Source: Klebsormidium nitens
Taxonomy: Eukaryota; Plantae; Klebsormidiophyceae
Assembly (NCBI GenBank): GCA_000708835.1
Contig: DF236951.1
Location: 434,101-498,100, forward strand
DNA: 64,000 nt
Direction of reading: 5' to 3'
Part shown: piece by piece, positions 59,001 through 64,000 of the stretch
Layout: each line of letters opens with the position of its first letter
Position numbering within the stretch: the stretch's first letter is position 1
Notes under the pieces: generated by a model
What the model was told of the DNA's origin: nothing
The model's database searches: none
What the model saw: the letters and a program-made list of their open reading frames with translations, nothing else
Made by a program: the position numbers and the translations under genes

Positions 59001-60498
59001 GGGGGGAGGTTGAGAGAGCGCTACCGTGAGAAAAGAGGGATCGCTCACAGGGGGAGGAGACTATGGTGGGGGCAACTTCTTCGACGGAGTTGGGGAAGCC
59101 GAAGAAGGCACTGGGCTTTGAAAGGGGGGAGGATTGGGCGGGGGGGTTTGAGGGACGAAAGGAGGAGGGTTAGCTTGAAGGGGGAGAGACTGAGACAGAA
59201 CAGATATTGGAGGAGGGGATCCACTTCCGAGGAAAGAGTTGACCTTCGGAGGCGGGTTCGTGGGCAAACTTGGGGGCGAAAGGGAAGGCGCGGGACTGTT
59301 GGAGGGCGGGGGAGACTGGGGAAGGGGTGGCGGGTTGGCTTGAATTGAAGAAGGTTGAGAAAGCGGTAGCATGTTGAGTGTCGGAGCGGAAGAGGGCGAA
59401 GCGGATTGAGTTGGGGGGGTGGAGCTTATTTTAGGCGGCAGGTTGGTGTTAGGGGTGGGAGATGAGGCAAGTCCAAAAGTCGAAGGAGGGGAGCTATTTG
59501 AGGGAAGAGAAGTTGAGGGGGGGCTGTTGAGTTGAGTAGGGGGGGTGGGCAACATGGTAGGTGATGTAGTAGGGGGGGTGGGCAATGTGGTAGGTGACGA
59601 TAAGGGCACAGCCTCAGGCGGCGGGTTACCATTCAAAGGGGGAGAGCCGCTGGTGCTAGTAGGAAGGGGAGTGGGAGTAGTGCTCGCAGAAGGAGAGAGT
59701 CTCGTCGAAGGACTTGAGGGTACGGAAGATTGGAGCACTGGAGTTGGGGAGTTGGCTTGCAAAGGAGTTTGGGCTTGTCCGCTTTGGGGGGGTGGGGAGC
59801 CGCTTGAAGCTGTACTTGAGGGGGGGGTGTAGGAGGCTGGGGTGTTGTAGGCGCGGTTGTAAGGGGGGGAGGCGAAGGGGAGAGAAGGCTGGTCCCCGGG
59901 GGAGGGGAAATAGCGGGAGGGGTAGTCACCGGAGGGCCTTGCAGAGGTGGGGGGCTTCCTGTAAAAGCAGATTCACAAAATGCTTTGATGCACTGGCAAC
60001 CAGAAGGTTTTCTTTGGGGTCACATGTAAGTTCTCTTCAGAGCGCAGATCTGCTTTCCAATAGATGAGTCCTTACAATCCAGTCTTTTCACAAGAGTAAC
60101 ATGCATGACTGACACAACTCGAGTTAAGCTTGGGACTGCTTGTTGAGTTAGATCAACAGTTCTAAGTCGACATAGAAAAAGTGTCAATAGTCAAGGTCTG
60201 AAAAAGTGCTTGCAGCAAGTTGCAGCAAGTTCTCATAACCGCACTCATTAGTTGGCTTATCTATGACTTAGTAGCTACATAGGGACCCCAGCACTAAAGT
60301 CATTGAACGCTTCACCTGGGCCATGATCAAACGTAGAAAATTCAAATTAGATTACTTGAACAGCCCCAGGCACTTCCAAGACAGGTGTCAACTTGCACGC
60401 TCACCTGTTGGTGGAACTTGAGCTGAGGCCAGGTTGAGCGAAGCGGCCAGGACGTATGCTCCCAGCAGCAGCCATACCCACATGGAAAGGGGCGCCAT
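46888..60498 (-). CDS. Secreted modular glycoprotein locus: signal peptide, Pro-rich (extensin-like) segments and a tandem array of 12-Cys knottin/hevein-like modules, one per exon. Several exons are disrupted (skipping or partial pseudogene).
   Basis: E1 encodes a signal peptide and ends in phase 1. All 15 internal exons on the minus strand start and end in phase 1 with AG/GT, and E18 ends in TAG. Joining only the intact exons (E1,3,4,5,6,8,9,11,13-18) gives 3141 nt, an open frame of 1046 aa. Confidence 0.8.
47441..47650 (-). CDS. E17: Cys module (paralog of E8; C5 changed to Arg)
   Basis: GVCTSTPVLANGTQVCQDCNYDFNGASCPAGKSMRCPLGDCAANTGDCNCRYASDCPTGFCCTEENSGNI; 210 nt. Confidence 0.87.
48198..48410 (-). 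CDS. E16: 12-Cys module (paralog of E7)
   Basis: GVCTNTPVLTNGTQICPACYDFNGAACPASKPVCCDYGFGDCATSDGACKCQYNGDCRPGYCCTARGTGDF; 213 nt. Confidence 0.88.
48852..49061 (-). CDS. E15: 12-Cys module
   Basis: GVCTNTPVLTNGTQVCPTCKYFNGAACPASKPVCCPGYGECAASKSACKCYWAADCPSGYCCTEEYSDKF; 210 nt. Confidence 0.88.
49563..49769 (-). CDS. E14: Cys module (C7 codon deleted in frame)
   Basis: GVCTNTPVLTNGTQVCPTCYDFHGAACPTSKPVCCPGYGE-AASKSACKCQSAGDCPSGYCCTEEDSGNF; 207 nt. Confidence 0.85.
50175..50387 (-). CDS. E13: 12-Cys module
   Basis: GVCTNTPVLSNGTQVCPTCGDFNGAACPASKPVCCSSGFGECAASTSACKCKSPTDCPSGFCCTEEYSDNF; 213 nt. Confidence 0.88.
51010..51069 (+). pseudogene. E12: inverted, truncated copy of the E5 acceptor and exon head
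   Basis: gccgttcgtag|GTACCTGTTACAACACGCCGATCCTCGCAAACGGCACACAGATCTGCCC on the plus strand is 58/60 identical to the reverse complement of 56255-56314. Confidence 0.9.
51262..51468 (-). CDS. E11: 12-Cys module (paralog of E4)
   Basis: GKCTNNPFNSSGNQVCPDCNYWDVLTCPANKPACCALGQCVESAPSCPCSYAGDCPSKYCCSHEYDNTP; 207 nt. Confidence 0.88.
52010..52208 (-). pseudogene. E10: paralog of E3 with an 8-nt frameshifting deletion
   Basis: 199 nt. CAACGG[CACCCAGG]AGTGCCC in E3 is CAACGGAGTGCCC here. Confidence 0.85.
52767..53384 (-). CDS. E9: chimeric exon - module head (GKCTNSP), ~170 aa Pro-rich linker and a 4-Cys half-module
   Basis: 618 nt open frame: GKCTNSPTMAPPLSPVPSSSPPTPSKNPPPP...LKRCRSSSDCGVNKGCCTEQNSGKL(G)|gtgag. 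Confidence 0.88.
53783..53980 (-). CDS. E8: Cys module (4-codon in-frame deletion; C11 changed to Phe)
   Basis: GVCTNTPVLANGTQVCHDCIYTSCPAGKSMCCPLGDCAANTSGCNCRYASDCPPSFFCTEENSGNI; 198 nt. Confidence 0.85.
54515..54732 (-). pseudogene. E7: Cys module with a 1-nt frameshift
   Basis: 218 nt. TGT-CCCCC-GGC-TAC at 54552-54556 is one base short of the CPPGYCC frame seen in its paralog E16. Confidence 0.8.
55239..55454 (-). CDS. E6: Cys module (C8 changed to Phe)
   Basis: GKCTQSPVDPGTGAQICPFCTDLNGAACPASKPVCCSAYGECAAPSKSAFKCYSASDCPSGSCCTEEQSGNF; 216 nt. Confidence 0.85.
56094..56303 (-). CDS. E5: 12-Cys module
   Basis: GSCYNMPILANGTQICPDCKDLNGLKCPTSKPTCCPLLGDCAKSPTDCGCKYAFDCPSGYCCTEEGSGQL; 210 nt. 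Confidence 0.88.
56999..57205 (-). CDS. E4: 12-Cys module
   Basis: GKCTNAPFDSSGKQVCPNCNYWDVLSCPANKPACCATGHCVESAPSCPCSYAGDCPSNYCCSSESDNML; 207 nt. Confidence 0.88.
57751..57957 (-). CDS. E3: 12-Cys module
   Basis: GYCSSTGFFSNGTQECPNCNAFNGLSCPASKKVCCPSGLCAANNAGCTCQYSGECPYGLCCTEEYSGKI; 207 nt, phase 1-1. Confidence 0.88.
   Translation of the reverse strand, partial: DTARARASSATAPRSARTAMPSTGSAARPARKCAVQAGSARQTTRAAPVNILANAHTACAARKSIPAK
58600..59958 (-). pseudogene. E2: long Pro/Ser/Thr-rich exon ending in a 4-Cys half-module; disrupted as assembled
   Basis: ttttacag|GA-SPPPLQGPP... There is a -1 shift at the G8 run (59820-59827), an in-frame TAG at 59061-59063 and a +1 shift at the G6 run (59001-59006). 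It ends VKRCRSTADCPVGKGCCTEQGSDKV(G)|gtaag. Confidence 0.75.
60405..60498 (-). CDS. E1: signal-peptide exon
   Basis: MAPLSMWVWLLLGAYVLAASLNLASA-QVPPT(G)|gtgagc has a hydrophobic core and an A-S-A cleavage site. It is too short to appear in the ORF track. Confidence 0.85.
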
Positions 60499-63400
60499 TA
60501 CGGGGGAGCCTATGTACAAGGAGCAACCAGCTTGTCAGAATCATCTTCGAAAGTCTCCAAGGACTGAATTTTTCAATGTGGGCCGGTCAGCGACGATTTA
60601 AAGACGATCAGCTTTATTCATATAATGCACGCCTCCGTTCTACTTCCACTCAAGCGCTGAGACAAAAGTGGATTTGCCTTCATAAGTGGAGGAACCTCCA
60701 AGACCAGCAGATGAAGTCATGGATTGAGAGCGCCTTCGATTGAGACAATGCAGTTTTATTGCAGTAGACTTTCGAAACCTGAAAGGCAAGACTTCTACGG
60801 AAAGCGTTCCTCAGTGTAAGAATGAATTACCAAACCACCAAATCAAAGCAGACCAAATCAGGTGCTGATGTCAAAAACACTGTCGTCGCTATAAACATAA
60901 GTCTTGGACTGCAAAAGTGTTTGGCTCTAATTTGTGCGGTCAGTCCGCTGCCAGAAGGAAAGCTCGGTTCAGCAACTGTCATGTGCAACAGGTATGAAGA
61001 ACATGCCGTGAATAGAACCCACAATAATTGCTTTCATTGGGAGCAGTCCACAAGCTAGTAGGACTTACAGACTAAGCGGCAAGCAAAGCGATCTGATCTT
61101 TTGCAGTGTTCTTTATGAGCCCAAAGCTGTAAACCTCCGCTTGCAGTGAAAGTACTTTCTGCAGGACAGCGGCAGGTGTCATCAATGCAGCTCACCAATT
61201 GGGATTGAAAGGTGTGGATTAACAGGCCTTCGCCAGGTTGATTGTGGCCTTGACAGGGAACCTTGGGGGATAACCGACACCAAGTACACACGCGCTTAGA
61301 TTGTTGGAACCTGCAAAAATGTGGGGCAGAACAGACTTTTGACTCGAGCACTCAGTAACATGGAGCTAAGATGCCTTAACACACAACTTGGGGCAATCAA
61401 TGCTGAAGAGCCTTGGAACTTTCAAGGCAGCTCATAACTACCCAATCCTACACAACTGGACAGCGTTGCGGCAATGATCTAATCCGATCCTGCCACCGGC
61501 CAAGACAGTTGAACCCGTTTTTTGGCTGAATCTGTAACGCTGCGTACAATGCTGTACTATGAGCGAGCCACTATAAGGGCCAAGAGGAAGAATCAGACGA
61601 TGAGATAGACATGTTGGCGCCAGATGCAATGGGACCATAACTCGCTGAATGATGATGTTAATGGGCATTGATCAGCAATTCCGTTTTCTCTTTTTCAAAC
61701 GCAAATGGTAAAGAAAAGAATATCAGAATGAAGACAATCTAAGTGACGCGGATCAGAGATTGAACCAGGCAATATGACACTTCAGTAGCATCGCGTGCGA
61801 CATCCAAGAATCCTGAGGCATGCAAAGAGCAGGCCACATTGGAAGAACATACCTGACAATGCTCAGTGGAAGGTCCTCCAAACTTTTCCTCCCAGGACAA
61901 AGATAGCCACGAAGTTCAGAGCTGAATTGAACTGCCTTCAAGGTTGTCAACTTGTTGCCCAGGCTCGGCATTCAATGGGTGCCCGCTCTTCTCCAAGCTT
62001 CCTTCATCAGATACTGACTCTCTGAGGTTGATGTGTTCTACAACCACCAGCCCAATCACAACTGGCACCTAATTCAGCAAAGTTTTGGAATCGAGACACC
62101 CGCCCGGCGTCTCCGATGGCTGCAATCAATTACACTAGTGTAACCGTGGCTTCAGCAAGCATTGGGTTTCAGCACGCACGCAGTTGGATACCGTCCAAAC
62201 CTTTGAAGATCACCAGAGAGGTAGTGTTTCTCTTCTCCACAAGAAAAACTTGTGACGCTGGTGCTGGGTGCCCTTGAAAAGCAAGGCATGGCTGATCAGA
62301 TCGACGCGAGGCCGAGCAGGCCACAGCGACGCCCTTATCAGAGTGGCATTGGCAACCCGACATATAGAACCACAGTCCCGAGCCACACGGTCACTTTACA
62401 AACAAACAACTGGATGGTGGCAATCCCGCATTTGGTCTGAGATTGTGATTCGGTCGAAGGAGAAGAAACCTTTCCAGAGCCGGCGGTGTACGGTCGCTTC
62501 GCTTCGTCGTTTGATGCCTTTGCCTGACAAGCGCGCTTCTGGCCCAGTGGACAAATTTGGAGGCTGGAAGGCGGATCTGGATTCTACAGCTAGACACCCC
62601 TTGTGATCAGTGTGACGACGCTGATCGAATTCTTAATGCACAAACAAAGGCGCCAAGTGGCAAACGCGCGACACACCGGACCCACAGCCCCTGTCAGATC
62701 TGAGCTTTATGCCAGTACTGATGACGTAGTAGGTACTACGGCTGGAATGTGCTCAAATCCCGGCCATACTCCCCTCAAGCCACGATATCGTGACCGTACA
62801 GGGGGTATGGATCAGCCAGTACTGGAACTGGAGTAGTACGCTTTACTAATTAGTGCATACGGCAACGTTCGTACCTCTGACAAGACAATTTCAGGCTGTG
62901 CTACTCTACTCTGCAGGGCTTTGAAGTTTGCGGCCGTCAAAGTTGGCCGTCCGGCGCCGAGAAGGGCCGCGGAAGTCGGCATCGCAACCGTACCCCCGTC
63001 CTTTAATGCGGCAGCTTCAAGTTATAACTTATGCGACGACTTTTCCCGCTTTTTACGGGCTGTTTGTGTCAACGACATCCACGTGGCAAGCGCTAAAGGG
63101 TCGGACCGAATCCGGATTACGAAGTCGATATCGATGATGCGTGCCCGGCCTCAACCCCGGTTCCCAGAGATACGGAGGAGTTCGGAACTTCGGACTAGCT
63201 GACGACATTTGGTATGTTGTCAGTCTGGCAAGAGGGTGTACTGGCACTTAACTGGCACGGACGCTAAGCACTGGGTTCCGAGCCTTGGTTAAGCACTGGT
63301 TGACCATCTTAGGTACTGTCAACCAGGTGAAAGCTGGGTAAGAGCCCAAACCAAGATAGTTTGCAGGCGATAGTTGGTGTCCTATCCCTTACTGCTCTCA

Positions 63401-64000
63401 GGAGCCCCTGACCTTGGTTGACGTCAATCAAGAACGATTGATCGTCAACTGGAGCAGCTTTGGCTGTCATAATCCTCAAGTAGAGCACTTTGACCACCAA
63501 TCAAGGTAAATTATGCGGTCATTGCGCTTAACTGTGGAGAGGCTAGCGCCTGCCTGCTAGAGCAGACGTACACGTCTTATGTAATAGTGGGCGTGTCACC
63601 TCAAAAGTACACGCTAAGACAAGCTTGCTTGTTTCCCAGAAGACAAAGCAATTAGCTTCCAGGAAGTCTCAATAACCTCAGCACGAAGCTTTGCAAGCAC
63701 GCCAGATCATTCGATTCCACCACCTGAGCAACACGAGGAACTTTCACGCGGGAATTCACAAAGAAAGGAATACCTTGCCAGTCAGGGCATTGACCCTGCT
63801 TCGACTGGCTGACGTACTGCAGCAGCCAGAGCCCAATGCTGTCATGCCCGATGACATCGAGTGTGTTTTGCATCGAGTGCGCTGCGCCCCCGCGCGCGCG
63901 ACCTGAATCTTCCGGCCCAAGCGCGGTTCAAGCCGCCGCGGCCCTTGTCCATCATGCGCGCTCTGAAGCGCCCTTAGCATGTACCGTGCATCTCTAATAA

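Larger units (their letters stand above)
47000..59130. repeat. Tandem ~6 kb block duplication (A about 59130-53360; B about 53360-47000) with nested ~620-710 bp exon+intron units in block B
   Basis: Exon order and intron sequence match pairwise: E2/E9, E3/E10, E4/E11, E5/E12, E6/E15, E7/E16, E8/E17. For example, cctgcttggaggctcgat occurs in both the E6-E7 and E15-E16 introns. E13-E16 start 618, 708 and 651 bp apart. Confidence 0.88.

Noticed and set aside
52772-59950. Gly-rich plus-strand ORFs and G-run (G4-like) tracts
   Set aside because: They are the reverse complement of CCN proline codons in E2 and E9 and are fully explained by them.
61195-61310. Possible minus-strand exon (..ACVLGVGYPPRFPVKATINLAKAC*) faintly like an LTP C-terminus
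   Set aside because: No in-phase upstream exon or complete 8-Cys motif could be built.
62250-64000. Protein-like short frames with possible splice sites (62921-63202, 63367-63505, ~63664-63810)
   Set aside because: Phases do not join and stops interrupt them. This could be a decayed gene or transposon, but no family is recognisable without a search.

Overview
This is eukaryotic, intron-rich (GT-AG) genomic DNA. The plant-like UBC and C45 genes, a HERC-type E3 and a CNBD protein suggest a streptophyte green alga such as Klebsormidium; that assignment is inference. I reconstructed five loci by hand from splice sites. (1) UBE2C/UBC19-20-type E2 enzyme, minus strand, 1159-3558. (2) Peptidase C45 Ntn-hydrolase, plus, 4530-9498. 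(3) A giant HERC-type HECT E3 ligase with SPRY, CUB-like, Cys-rich, DOC/APC10, UBA and HECT regions and no RCC1 repeats seen, minus, 10796 to at least 38466. (4) A two-domain cyclic-nucleotide-binding protein, plus, 39944-44427. (5) The most unusual element, minus, 46888-60498: one signal-peptide exon feeding a tandem array of symmetric phase-1 exons, namely 13 twelve-Cys modules, two Pro-rich (extensin-like) exons, an inverted exon fragment and a terminal half-module. The Cys spacing reads as alternating C-C-CC-C-C (knottin/hevein-like) units. One unit lies inside each exon and the other is assembled across each splice junction. The array grew by a ~6 kb block duplication plus ~650 bp unit duplications. 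Three exons are disrupted, so as assembled the full-length protein can only be made by exon skipping; otherwise the locus is a decaying pseudogene. No rRNA, tRNA, CRISPR array or recognisable transposase was seen.
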